Positions 35,369 through 44,397 of a stretch of 64,000 nucleotides of DNA are shown here, in pieces. The stretch is from Dehalococcoidia bacterium. GTDB taxonomy: Bacteria; Chloroflexota; Dehalococcoidia; Bin125. Each line of letters starts with the position of its first letter. Positions within the stretch are counted from its first letter, which is position 1. The position numbers and the translations under genes were made by a program. The stretch spans positions 2,361-66,360 of the forward strand of contig JAJEBU010000126.1 of assembly GCA_022822375.1 (NCBI GenBank), read 5' to 3'. The notes under the pieces are model-generated. The model made no database searches. It had not been told where the DNA came from and saw only the letters and a program-made list of their open reading frames with translations.

Positions 35369-36130
35369 TCAGTCGCTGCCCAGCCCCGCCGCTCGCCGCA
35401 GCTGGCGCGTCTCGCGATTCGTCAGCGCCCGTGCATGGCCGAGCGGCAGATCGCGGAGCAGCAGCGGTCCAAATCGCACGCGCTGCAGTGACAGGACCGG
35501 ATGGCCAATGGCGTCGCACAATCTGCGCAACTCTCGCTTGCGCCCCGTATGCAGCGACAGTGTCAACCAGGACGACGAGCGTCCGCGGTCCAACTCGCGG
35601 CCCGGCCGCCGTGATCGAGCCGGCTTCGCCTGCAGCAACTCACCGTCGACCTCAATGCCCTCGGAGATGCGATCGAGCGCGGCGTCGGTCGGCGCGCCGA
35701 TGACTTCCGCCAGGTAGACCCGCTGCACCTCGCGCGACGGGTGCGAGAGTCCTGTGACCAGCGGGCCATCGTTCGTCAGGATCAACAGACCCTCGCTGTC
35801 CAGGTCGAGGCGTCCGACCGGCACGCATCGAGGCGCGTCGTCGGGCAGCAGGTCCACCACCGTGCGCCGACCGCGGTCATCGCGAGACGTCGACAGGACC
35901 CCGCGTGGCTTGTTCAGCACGTAGTAACGCAACGGCTCGGATGCTGACAGCGGGCGGCCATCGAGGAGGATCGTCTGCGTGGACGGATCGACCCGCGTGG
36001 AGAGATCGGTCACGATCTCGCCGTCCACCTGGACTCGCCGCGCGCGCACGATCGTCTCGGCGCCGCGCCGCGAAGCGACGCCGCTGCGGGCAAGCGCGAC
36101 CGCGATCCGGATGCGTGTCGAGTCGGTCAC
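35369..36130 (-). CDS. rluB: S4-domain rRNA pseudouridine synthase (RluB/RsuA family)
   Basis: GVASRR, NKPRG, PVGRLDLDSEGLL. Confidence 0.85.
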   Translation of the reverse strand: MTDSTRIRIAVALARSGVASRRGAETIVRARRVQVDGEIVTDLSTRVDPSTQTILLDGRPLSASEPLRYYVLNKPRGVLSTSRDDRGRRTVVDLLPDDAPRCVPVGRLDLDSEGLLILTNDGPLVTGLSHPSREVQRVYLAEVIGAPTDAALDRISEGIEVDGELLQAKPARSRRPGRELDRGRSSSWLTLSLHTGRKRELRRLCDAIGHPVLSLQRVRFGPLLLRDLPLGHARALTNRETRQLRRAAGLGSD

Positions 36131-36132
36131 GA

Positions 36133-38460
36133 TCAGGACTCGTCATCGAGTGGTTCAGTGGGCTCGGGCGGCGGTCCGCCGTAGACCACCATCTCAGGCT
36201 GCTCCGAAGCAGAGGCCTTGACCTCGGGCGGCGGCCAGCGGCGGATGATGAGCATCAGGATCACTCCAATCAGCGCGAACGTGACAATCATCCACGCGTT
36301 CGTGCCCTGCTCGACAGGAGCAGCGACGATAGGAAGCGGCTCGCTCGGACTCGATGGCGGCAGCACCGTGGGGGACCGCAGCGCCTCGTCGATCAGGGGC
36401 GTCACGTCGTCAGAGCCCGGCGACGGCGATCCGCTCACCACCCAGCGCCGAGGTTCCAGAGCGATGGACAGTCCGCGATCAGGCGCGGGTAGATCATCAC
36501 TGCCGTAGGTCACGATATCCACGGCGACGCCGTCCGCGTCGAGCAGTTCCAGCGTGTCGCCGTCGTTGTTCAGCCCATTGCCAATCCGGTCAACGACTTG
36601 GTCGGCACCGTCGATCGGTTGGTTGGCAATCACGAAGCGGCCATACGGCGGAATCTCGCCATCAAGGGGCGTTTGCCGCGCCGCATCGCCAATCGCCCAG
36701 CCGCTCAAGTCCACCGGCGACGATCCCAGGTTGATCAGTTCCACCCACTCCGCTTGACCGCTCAGCGGCGCAGGCAGCAACTCTGCGAAGTGCACCACCG
36801 CCGTGGACGAAACGATCTCGACGACACGGACGCTGCCAGCTTGGCCCGCTGCCTCGTCGGGAGCGCGCTGATCCGATGCCTCATCCTGCGTCTCATCCGC
36901 AGTCTCATCCTGTGCCGACTCAGCCGGGCTTACGGTGCTTGCGGACTCCAACTCGCCTGCGCTTGGGCGGCCCAGACGCAGCGACCCGCCCTTGGTCGCG
37001 CGCTGCACCGATTCGTCGTTCTGCGGAGCGGAGACGCGGCCAAACTCGTCGTTGTTCCCCCAACTCATGGCGTCCACCACGACGCCGTGCGGGTCGATCA
37101 GACGCAACTGATCGCCTGAGTTCGCCAGCCCGTTGCCAATCCGCCCATCGGCCACGACAAAGACGACGCCGTCGACCGCCAGTTCCGAGCCAGCCACGAC
37201 CAGCGTCCCGCCAGCCGGCAGCGTTGCTCCTGCCAGGCTGTCGGCGGCGGTGTTGTCGCCAATCGTCCAGCCGTCGAGGCTGATCTCCTCGCCGGTGGGG
37301 TTGGACAGTTCAAACCACTCATAGGCGGGGTCGTCGCGGCCCTGCCCCGCGTTGGGATACGCCTCGCTGATCCAAACGTCGGATGTTCCCTCTTGCATGA
37401 TCTGGCGAGCCTGCGCCGGCCGCTCGAAGCGCAGCGAGATTGAGTCCACGGTCATTCGGCTCGAACGAGTATCGGCTGCCCAACCGGGCTGATCATCACC
37501 GTGCCGCTGGCCGATCCTCGGCCTGACTCGATCTCGATCGCTGAAGCCCAACTCCTGACCCTCGTCTGGCGCGGTCAATTGGTGAAAGACGCTGTCCGAG
37601 CCATAGCTGGCCGTCGAGATCCAATGTCCGCGCCAATCGCGAAGAACCAACGATCCGCCACGGTCGGCGAATCCGGCGCTCAGCCCCAGCTCCTCCGCGC
37701 TGAACGCGCGCTGTTCGCCTGGTTCGAGGCGAACGGACGGCAGCGTGACTGAACTGTTGCCCACGCTCAGCGACCAGTTGATGGTCAGTTGCGGTTGGTC
37801 ACCATGATTTCGGATGGTGACCAATTCCGGCTCGTCTTCGAGTGGTTTGGGCACGACAGACACGATCGAGACGGCGCCATCGAGGGCGACGGCCTGGTCG
37901 ACGCCGCGAGCAAGTCGGCGGCCGTCGTCCGCCTCCCAGGGCGACGGCGCATCGGACAACCGTGCGTAGCCGCTGCTGCTGCGGACGATGGACTGCGACT
38001 CATCAGGCCTCGGCAGCGCAAAAGGGATGTAGCGGTCGCCCCAGCTGACGGCATCGTGACGCGTCCCGTACGGATCGATGAGCGCCACCCGGTCGCCAGG
38101 GTTGCGCAGTCCGTTGCCGATCCGTGCGGAGTCCAGACGAATCAGCGTCCGACCGGCCGGCGCGACGAACTCAGTACCGTGTCCAATCACGACAACGGCG
38201 CCGCCGCCCGCAATCTCAACGTTGGGAAGCAGGCTGAAGGCGTCCGAGTCCTCCAGGAACCAGCCGTCCAGCGACACCGGCTCGTTCGAGGGGTTGTGCA
38301 GTTCGACCCATTCCACGTCGCCGACGGGGCGCACCTCGCTGATCATCAGCGGCGACGCCGCCATATTTTCCGCGCTCAACGATGCCGCCAACGCGGACGT
38401 CAACAGGACTGCGACGATGACAACGGCGGAACGGATGAGAATGGATCGGCGACGTTGCAT
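36133..38460 (-). CDS. secreted/anchored protein with four lamin-tail-like domains
   Basis: Signal peptide; repeated ISE...EWVEL.N...LDGW...D modules with RIGNGL.N.GD...L.D; C-terminal TM followed by RR. Confidence 0.78.
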   Translation of the reverse strand: MQRRRSILIRSAVVIVAVLLTSALAASLSAENMAASPLMISEVRPVGDVEWVELHNPSNEPVSLDGWFLEDSDAFSLLPNVEIAGGGAVVVIGHGTEFVAPAGRTLIRLDSARIGNGLRNPGDRVALIDPYGTRHDAVSWGDRYIPFALPRPDESQSIVRSSSGYARLSDAPSPWEADDGRRLARGVDQAVALDGAVSIVSVVPKPLEDEPELVTIRNHGDQPQLTINWSLSVGNSSVTLPSVRLEPGEQRAFSAEELGLSAGFADRGGSLVLRDWRGHWISTASYGSDSVFHQLTAPDEGQELGFSDRDRVRPRIGQRHGDDQPGWAADTRSSRMTVDSISLRFERPAQARQIMQEGTSDVWISEAYPNAGQGRDDPAYEWFELSNPTGEEISLDGWTIGDNTAADSLAGATLPAGGTLVVAGSELAVDGVVFVVADGRIGNGLANSGDQLRLIDPHGVVVDAMSWGNNDEFGRVSAPQNDESVQRATKGGSLRLGRPSAGELESASTVSPAESAQDETADETQDEASDQRAPDEAAGQAGSVRVVEIVSSTAVVHFAELLPAPLSGQAEWVELINLGSSPVDLSGWAIGDAARQTPLDGEIPPYGRFVIANQPIDGADQVVDRIGNGLNNDGDTLELLDADGVAVDIVTYGSDDLPAPDRGLSIALEPRRWVVSGSPSPGSDDVTPLIDEALRSPTVLPPSSPSEPLPIVAAPVEQGTNAWMIVTFALIGVILMLIIRRWPPPEVKASASEQPEMVVYGGPPPEPTEPLDDES

Positions 38461-38469
38461 CGCCCAAGG

Positions 38470-38751
38470 CTAGGATGCCATGGTGATCTTACGTCTGGTC
38501 GTCGTGTGTTCTTCGATCAGGATGACCTGCTTCTGCTGCGCAGGGAGCGCGAGGCTCTTGGCCGCGTCGACGATGGCTGGTGCGGCGTAGCGGGCGGTGA
38601 ACTCGGCGACAGCGGCCATGGCGAGCAGCTGAGCGGCTCCGCGAATGGCAGGCATGAATGGGGCGAGGTCATCGCGGATGGCGGGCAGCAGCTCGCGCCG
38701 GCGCGGCTCGATCACGACTGGCGTCAGGACGGGCGGGTCGGGCTCGCACAT
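38470..38751 (-). CDS. small hypothetical protein
   Basis: 93-aa ORF that fills the gap between co-oriented genes, with one central hydrophobic helix. Confidence 0.6.
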   Translation of the reverse strand: MCEPDPPVLTPVVIEPRRRELLPAIRDDLAPFMPAIRGAAQLLAMAAVAEFTARYAAPAIVDAAKSLALPAQQKQVILIEEHTTTRRKITMAS

Positions 38752-38842
38752 ATGGGCCGCCGTTCTAAACTGTTGAGTCGTGTGATCAGTTTACCAATTC
38801 GAAGCGTTGCTGGCTTCACATAACGCTGATGTCACGCCTGTG

Positions 38843-39619
38843 TCACGTTTGGCTCAGCGCCCGTTCGACAGCCTCGCTGATCTCCACTCCAACGGATGTC
38901 GCTGCGCCCGCCAACAGTGCACGATCGCCCGCGACAGCCTGCAGCGACTGGATGATGAAGGCCGGCTCGCGGCTGGCGCCGGCGCGGCGTATGGCCTGGA
39001 ACAGCGGCGTCTCCCAGTCGGTGGTGCGGCCATGCTCGTCCCAGAGCGGATCGAACTGCGGCCCGCGGATCGGATACTGCGCCCAAGTCACCGTCGGGCC
39101 GCGATCGAGTTCTGTCGTGACCCGCTGCAGTACGAGTCCTGATCGATCCGCGCGTTGCCGGATCAGCTCGTGAATGACCTGCTGCCACGTGCCGATCGGG
39201 CCGTCCGGCAAGGCCGGATGCAGGTTGAGGCAAGGCACGGCGTCGCAGATCACCTCGCTGAGGATGAGCATGTAGCCGGCCAGCATGGCCGCGTCGGGCT
39301 TGAAGGGCTCCATGCGCTCGAGCAGGCGACGGTCGAAGTCCCGCCGCCACGCGGCAAGGTCGGCGCCAGGAACCGAACGCTCGCCGCCGACCCGCCGCCG
39401 CCAGTCGCGTGAACTTTCGGTGATCAGCGGAACGCCCGCAGCCGTCACTTCGGCCAGAAACGAGTCTGTCTGTTCCGCCTGGCCAGCGTTCCGATTGCAG
39501 ACGACGCAGACGATCTCAGCATCCAGCCGGCCGGACCGAATGGCGTCGCACGCAGCCCGGAACAGCAGGCGCGAGCTCGTGCCGCGCGCCGTGGCGAACC
39601 AGGCCAGACGCAGCGGCAC
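38843..39619 (-). CDS. purN: phosphoribosylglycinamide formyltransferase-like protein
   Basis: LAGYMLIL, NLHPALP, LDRGP; divergent N-terminus (WFATARG). Confidence 0.75.
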   Translation of the reverse strand: MPLRLAWFATARGTSSRLLFRAACDAIRSGRLDAEIVCVVCNRNAGQAEQTDSFLAEVTAAGVPLITESSRDWRRRVGGERSVPGADLAAWRRDFDRRLLERMEPFKPDAAMLAGYMLILSEVICDAVPCLNLHPALPDGPIGTWQQVIHELIRQRADRSGLVLQRVTTELDRGPTVTWAQYPIRGPQFDPLWDEHGRTTDWETPLFQAIRRAGASREPAFIIQSLQAVAGDRALLAGAATSVGVEISEAVERALSQT

Positions 39620-39622
39620 CGC

Positions 39623-39826
39623 TCAGGACTCGCTGCGCAAGGCGTCGATCCGCAGTTCGGCGTCGGTCAGCATCTGCTGCGCTTGATCGCTCAACGCGAC
39701 GCCGCGCGCGTAGGCGTCGAGCGAGCGGTCCAGCGGCAGGCCGCCGTCCTCAAGCTCCGCCAGCACGGTCTCGAGCGCCTGGACGACCTCTTCATATGTT
39801 GGATGGTCAGGCGGTTGGTCAGGCAT
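39623..39826 (-). CDS. xseB: exodeoxyribonuclease VII small subunit
   Basis: YEE...LE...LE.G.LPLD.SL..Y.RG...L..AE.RI, directly after xseA. Confidence 0.9.
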   Translation of the reverse strand: MPDQPPDHPTYEEVVQALETVLAELEDGGLPLDRSLDAYARGVALSDQAQQMLTDAELRIDALRSES

Positions 39827-41150
39827 GGTCACCCTCTCTGGTTGGTCCGGCGGTGGTCCGCGCTGGGATGCCGCCATCGGAAAACTGGATGTGAATGTCC
39901 TGGTCGGCTGATAACCCAGCAGTAGATGTCACGATGTTGCCAGCGGCATCTGAGACGACGGCGTAGCCCCGCTGGAGCGTCCGCTGTGGATTGAGCGTCT
40001 GCAATCGGAGCACGTGGGCGGCGCTTTGTGCCTGCAGCGCGTCGATCAGACGATCAAGCGCCTGGTCGAGGTCGCGCCGTCGCTGGGAAATGTCGACGCG
40101 CAGCGTCGGCGGATGCGGAGCAGCCCGTTCGAGCCGTTCGCGACCCAGGCGGACGCGCTGGCCCGCGTCTGTGATCAGTCGGTCGACGCAGTGGTCGGCT
40201 GCCTGTCGGATTCCGCCGATGCGGGCCGCCTCTTCCGCCCGATCGGGCACCGCGATCTCGGCGGCGGCTGATGGTGTCGGCGCGCGACGATCGGCGACGT
40301 GATCGGCGATGCTCACATCGGTCTCGTGGCCGATGGCAGAGATGATCGGAATGTCGCTGGCAAAGATGGCGCGAGCGACGGCTTCCTCGTTGTAGGCCCA
40401 GAGGTCCTCGGGTGACCCGCCGCCGCGCGCGACGATGATCACGTCCGGCTCGTTCTCGGTGAGCAGGTTGAGCCGCTCGATGGCGTCAGCGATCGAACGC
40501 GCCGCGCCCGCACCCTGGGTGAGGCATGGCGAGAGCGTCAGGGGCGTCAGCGGCCAACGTCTGCCGATGACTTGCTGGATGTCGTGCCAGACGGCGCCGC
40601 TGGACGAGGTCACCACGCCGATCCGCTTCGGATACGCCGGCAGCGGACGCTTACGCGCCGGGTTGAACAGGCCGGCCTCCTCGAGCGTGCGGAACAGGCG
40701 CTCGTACTCCGCCTGCAAGACGCCCTCGCCGATCGGACGCAGGTCGTCGACGATGATCTGCAGCGAGCCTCGAGCCAGGTAGATGTCGACGCTGCCGTGC
40801 ACCAGCACCTGGTCGCCCTGCTCGACGGCCATGCCGCGATTCTCGCGGCGGAAGAACGCGCACGACAGCACGGTCTCCGAGTCAGCGTCGGACAGGTCGA
40901 AGTAGTAGTGTCCGGCTCCCGAGCGGCTGAAGCTGCGAACCTCGCCTTCGATCCAGATGTTGTTGAGGGTTGGATCGGAGCTCAGGCTTCGCTTGATCTG
41001 TCGAGCGATCTCTCCGACGGGGCGGGATTGCGGCGCTGGTCGCGCGTCCCCAGCGGAGCGTGCATCTTCGAGGTCCGCCCGGCGATCCCAGTCGAACGAA
41101 TGCTGCTCCTGTCGGCGGTCGTGGAATCCGCGCGGGGGGCGTTGGGGCAT
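39819..41150 (-). CDS. xseA: exodeoxyribonuclease VII large subunit
   Basis: WIEGEV, GHYYFDL, IGVVTS, RGGGS.EDL, SAIGHETD, TPSAAAE, RGYA. Confidence 0.94.
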   Translation of the reverse strand: MPQRPPRGFHDRRQEQHSFDWDRRADLEDARSAGDARPAPQSRPVGEIARQIKRSLSSDPTLNNIWIEGEVRSFSRSGAGHYYFDLSDADSETVLSCAFFRRENRGMAVEQGDQVLVHGSVDIYLARGSLQIIVDDLRPIGEGVLQAEYERLFRTLEEAGLFNPARKRPLPAYPKRIGVVTSSSGAVWHDIQQVIGRRWPLTPLTLSPCLTQGAGAARSIADAIERLNLLTENEPDVIIVARGGGSPEDLWAYNEEAVARAIFASDIPIISAIGHETDVSIADHVADRRAPTPSAAAEIAVPDRAEEAARIGGIRQAADHCVDRLITDAGQRVRLGRERLERAAPHPPTLRVDISQRRRDLDQALDRLIDALQAQSAAHVLRLQTLNPQRTLQRGYAVVSDAAGNIVTSTAGLSADQDIHIQFSDGGIPARTTAGPTREGDHA

Positions 41151-41163
41151 GCTGCGCTGCCGA

Positions 41164-41721
41164 TCATGCGCGCTCGAGGTACTGTCCCGAGCGGGTATCA
41201 ACCTTGACCGTGTCGCCAGGGCCGATGAACAACGGCACATTGACCGTCAGTCCGGTCTCCAGCGTGGCGGGCTTGGTTGCGCCTGTCGCGGTGTCGCCCT
41301 TGACGCCGGGATCTGATTCGGTGACCTGCAGCGTCACGGCGGCGGGCAGTTCCACGGCAACGGGGCTCTCCCCGACGATCAGCACTTCGGCTTCCGCGTT
41401 CTCAGCGAGGTAGTGGACCGCGTCGCCAACGACGTCGAGCGAGAGCGGCTCCTGCTCGAACGTCTCGGTGTTCATGAAGTAGAGCAGGTCGCCGTCGCGG
41501 TAGAGGTACTGCATCGTCTGATGCTCGGTGCGGATGCGGCGGAATTTGGAACCGGCCTGAAACGTGCGCTCGATCGTGTGTCCGCCGCGGATATCGCGCA
41601 GCTTGAGCCGCGCTTGCGCGGAGCCGCGCCCCACCTTGATGTGGTCCCAGTCCACGATCTGGTACTCGTTGCCGTCGAGTTCGATCACGAAGCCGCGCTT
41701 CAGGTCGCCAGTGGAGATCAT
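41164..41721 (-). CDS. efp: elongation factor P
   Basis: K.GRG loop, MQYLY, PGVKGDTA, KPATLETG, VPLFI. Confidence 0.95.
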   Translation of the reverse strand: MISTGDLKRGFVIELDGNEYQIVDWDHIKVGRGSAQARLKLRDIRGGHTIERTFQAGSKFRRIRTEHQTMQYLYRDGDLLYFMNTETFEQEPLSLDVVGDAVHYLAENAEAEVLIVGESPVAVELPAAVTLQVTESDPGVKGDTATGATKPATLETGLTVNVPLFIGPGDTVKVDTRSGQYLERA

Positions 41722-41790
41722 CTTGTGCCTGTCAGTCTTGTCGGTCTTGTCGATGTTGCCGGTGTGGCTGGTATGACGTGCAGCCGTATG

Positions 41791-42897
41791 TCAGACAAAG
41801 CGTAGCTTGGGCGTGCCGCTGAACGAGTGGAAGCCGTCCTCGTCCAACAGGCCCATATCCTCAATGCGGACGCCGCCCCAATCGGGCAGGTAGATGCCCG
41901 GCTCGATCGTGAGCACCATGCCGGCCTCCAGCGTGTCCTTGGACGATGGGCCCAGGTACGGATCTTCGTGGATCTCAAGGCCGACGCCGTGCCCGAGCCC
42001 GTGCCCGAACTGGTCTCCGTAGCCGGCATCATCAATCACGCGGCGAGCCAACCCGTCAGCGTCTTGGCCCGACATGCCTACTTCGACCATCTCGGCGGCG
42101 GTCTCGTGCGCGGCGAGGACGATGTCGTAGATGCGTGGGAACGTTTCGTCGTGCGCGCCGAGCACGATCGTGCGGGTCATGTCGGCGCAGTATCCCTCGA
42201 CTTTGGTGCCCATGTCGATCACGACTGGCTCGCCCTCACAGATGGCTTCGGCTCGCGGACGCGCATGCGGACGAGCGCCCCATGTTCCCGCGGCGACGAT
42301 TGACTCGAAGGCCATCGCCTCCGCGCCGTTGACTCGGGCGTACTGCTCGATCTCCCACGACATCTGTACTTCCGTCCAACCGGGCTGGACGACGCTGGAT
42401 GCGTGGGCAAAAGCATCGTCCGTGAGCGCAGCAGCGCGGCGCAGCGTGGCGATCTCCTCAGCGTCTTTCCTCGCCCGCACGCCTTCGACGACGCGGCCGG
42501 CCTGGACTAATGCGGGGCGCTGACTGGCCGGCAGCTTGGCGTTGGCGTCGCGCAGACCCTTGTGCGAGGCGACGCTGAGATGGGCGGCTTCGAAGCCCAG
42601 CCGCTCGCGCCCGAAGCGCTTGACCAGATCGCCCCACCACTGCTCGACTCTGCCTGTCGTGCGAACAATCTCAAAGTCCGGCGACTGCTCAGCAGCTTGA
42701 TCGAGATAGCGAAAATCCGTCGCGAGCAGCGGCGGGCGGGCGTCGTCAACGGGAATGATCACCCATCCACTGGAACCGCTGAAACCGGTCGCGTAACGAC
42801 GATTGACTGGGTCGGTGATCAGCAGCGCGTCAAGCTTCGCCTCGTCGGCGGCGGCTCGAATGCGGCTCAGCCGCTCGTTCGCGATCAGGTCGGTCAT
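41791..42897 (-). CDS. Xaa-Pro aminopeptidase (M24B)
   Basis: TDFRY, DMG...GYCADMTRT, HGLGHGVGLEIHE, TIEPGIY, GVRIED; start moved to the ATG of MTDLI. Confidence 0.92.
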   Translation of the reverse strand: MTDLIANERLSRIRAAADEAKLDALLITDPVNRRYATGFSGSSGWVIIPVDDARPPLLATDFRYLDQAAEQSPDFEIVRTTGRVEQWWGDLVKRFGRERLGFEAAHLSVASHKGLRDANAKLPASQRPALVQAGRVVEGVRARKDAEEIATLRRAAALTDDAFAHASSVVQPGWTEVQMSWEIEQYARVNGAEAMAFESIVAAGTWGARPHARPRAEAICEGEPVVIDMGTKVEGYCADMTRTIVLGAHDETFPRIYDIVLAAHETAAEMVEVGMSGQDADGLARRVIDDAGYGDQFGHGLGHGVGLEIHEDPYLGPSSKDTLEAGMVLTIEPGIYLPDWGGVRIEDMGLLDEDGFHSFSGTPKLRFV

Positions 42898-43370
42898 AAG
42901 CCAGGCGCCCCGGCGTCGCCGCTGGTCGGACGGCCGTGTCGTTCTTGCAGCATCGGCACCAGTGCATCGAGCGCGGCGAGGTAGCCGCGCCAACCGAGAC
43001 CAGCCACGACGCCGTCCATGATCGGCGCGGTGACCAGATTGTGGCGGAACGCCTCGCGCGCGTGGACGTTGGATAGGTGCACTTCCATCTTGCCGCCCGG
43101 GAACGCCTCGAGCGCGTCGCGCAGCGAGTAGCCGTAGTGGGACAGCGCGCCCGGATTGATGATCAACCCTTCGGCCGAGCGTTCCTGTTGGATGAAATCG
43201 ATGATCGCGCCCTCGTGGTTGGATTGGTAGGGACGAATCGTGACGCCCCACTCCTTCGCCCGTTTGTTGACGAGATCCTCGATGTCGGCCAAGGTCTGGG
43301 AGCCGTAGATTTCTGGTTGGCGCTGGCCCAGGATGTTCAGATTGGGGCCAGAGATCAGCAGCACTTTCAC
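42894..43370 (-). CDS. aroQ: type II 3-dehydroquinate dehydratase
   Basis: GPNLNILG.RQPEIYG, QSNHEG, INPG, EVHLSN..REAFRH; GTG start overlapping the xer stop. Confidence 0.94.
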   Translation of the reverse strand: MKVLLISGPNLNILGQRQPEIYGSQTLADIEDLVNKRAKEWGVTIRPYQSNHEGAIIDFIQQERSAEGLIINPGALSHYGYSLRDALEAFPGGKMEVHLSNVHAREAFRHNLVTAPIMDGVVAGLGWRGYLAALDALVPMLQERHGRPTSGDAGAPGL

Positions 43371-44332
43371 GTCGAGAGCCCCTCCGTTCGGTCGCGCCGG
43401 CGACGCTCGCGGCCGCGTTCGGCAAGCGTATCGAGCGCCTGCTCGATGGTGTCGCGGCGGGCGGCGTCGCTGACGTGGGTGTAGATCTGGGTCGTCGCGA
43501 CCGACGCATGACCCAGCAATTCCTGCACGATGCGGACGTCTGCGCCTCCATCGAGCATATGAGTGGCAAAGGAGTGCCGCAACAGATGAGGATGCATCCC
43601 CGGCGGCAAGCCCGCGCACTGCGCATGGCGCTGCATCGATATCTGCACCGCCCGCGCCGACAGCGGTCCGCCGAAGCGATTGAGCCACAGCCACGACGCC
43701 GACTGCTCGGACAGCAGCTGCGGACGCCCGTCCAGCAGATAGCCGCGCAGCCAACGCCGCGCCGCTCCCCCGAGCAGCGCGAACCGCTCCTTGTTCCCCT
43801 TGCCGACCACGCGCAATCCGATCGCGTCGTCGTCGTAGTCGGTCGTTCGCAGCCCGATCAGCTCCGAGACACGCAGTCCTGCGCCGTACAGCACTTCCAG
43901 GATCGCCCGATCACGCAGCCCGCCCGGCGTCGCGGTGTCGGGCGCAGCCAGCAGCGCCTCAACCTGCTGCTGGCTCAGCACGGTCGGCAGACGCGACGCT
44001 GCCTTCGGCGTCGAAGCCAACGCGAGCGGATCGCGTTCAAAGAATCCCGTGTGTGTGAGCTGCCGGCTCAACGCCTTGATCGTCGAGGCTCGGCGGCGGA
44101 CGGAAGCCTCCGCCGCGCCGTCCGCTTGCAGGCTGGCCAGGTACGACCGGTAGCCGGCGCGGTTCAAGCTCGCCAGTTCACGCCCGTCGTTCTCCAGCCA
44201 GCGCAGAAACTGCTCAAGGTCTGAGCGGTAGTTGCGGATCGTGTGCGGCGAGAGGCCGCGCCCATGCTCGAGCGCGTCCAGGTAGCGGTCGAGCGCGGTG
44301 CGGTGTCGTTCGGAGAGCGGTGCAGTGGCCAC
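43367..44332 (-). CDS. xerC: tyrosine recombinase XerC/XerD
   Basis: RDRAILE.LY..GLRVSEL, GKG.KER, HLLRHSFATH, LLGH...TTQIY; dprA-topA-xer synteny. Confidence 0.85.
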   Translation of the reverse strand: MATAPLSERHRTALDRYLDALEHGRGLSPHTIRNYRSDLEQFLRWLENDGRELASLNRAGYRSYLASLQADGAAEASVRRRASTIKALSRQLTHTGFFERDPLALASTPKAASRLPTVLSQQQVEALLAAPDTATPGGLRDRAILEVLYGAGLRVSELIGLRTTDYDDDAIGLRVVGKGNKERFALLGGAARRWLRGYLLDGRPQLLSEQSASWLWLNRFGGPLSARAVQISMQRHAQCAGLPPGMHPHLLRHSFATHMLDGGADVRIVQELLGHASVATTQIYTHVSDAARRDTIEQALDTLAERGRERRRRDRTEGLST

Positions 44333-44397
44333 GTGTCCACTGTAGGACGATGATCCAATTGCGTGCAGCTAGCGAGGTGCAGCAAGCGGTCGTGCAG

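Noticed and set aside
41722-41752. Short GACAAGAC-like tandem repeats upstream of efp
   Set aside because: Two to three degenerate 9-mers; too short for CRISPR or iterons
41791-43626. Apparent 611-aa peptidase fusion and other N-terminally extended ORF calls (8884-11346, 10564-11694, 42894-43754, 59680-60834)
   Set aside because: The extensions overlap real neighbouring genes in other frames; true starts lie downstream
43367-44332. Tyrosine recombinase as an integrase of a mobile element
   Set aside because: XerC/D size and motifs in the conserved dprA-topA-xer context, with no att sites or cargo genes
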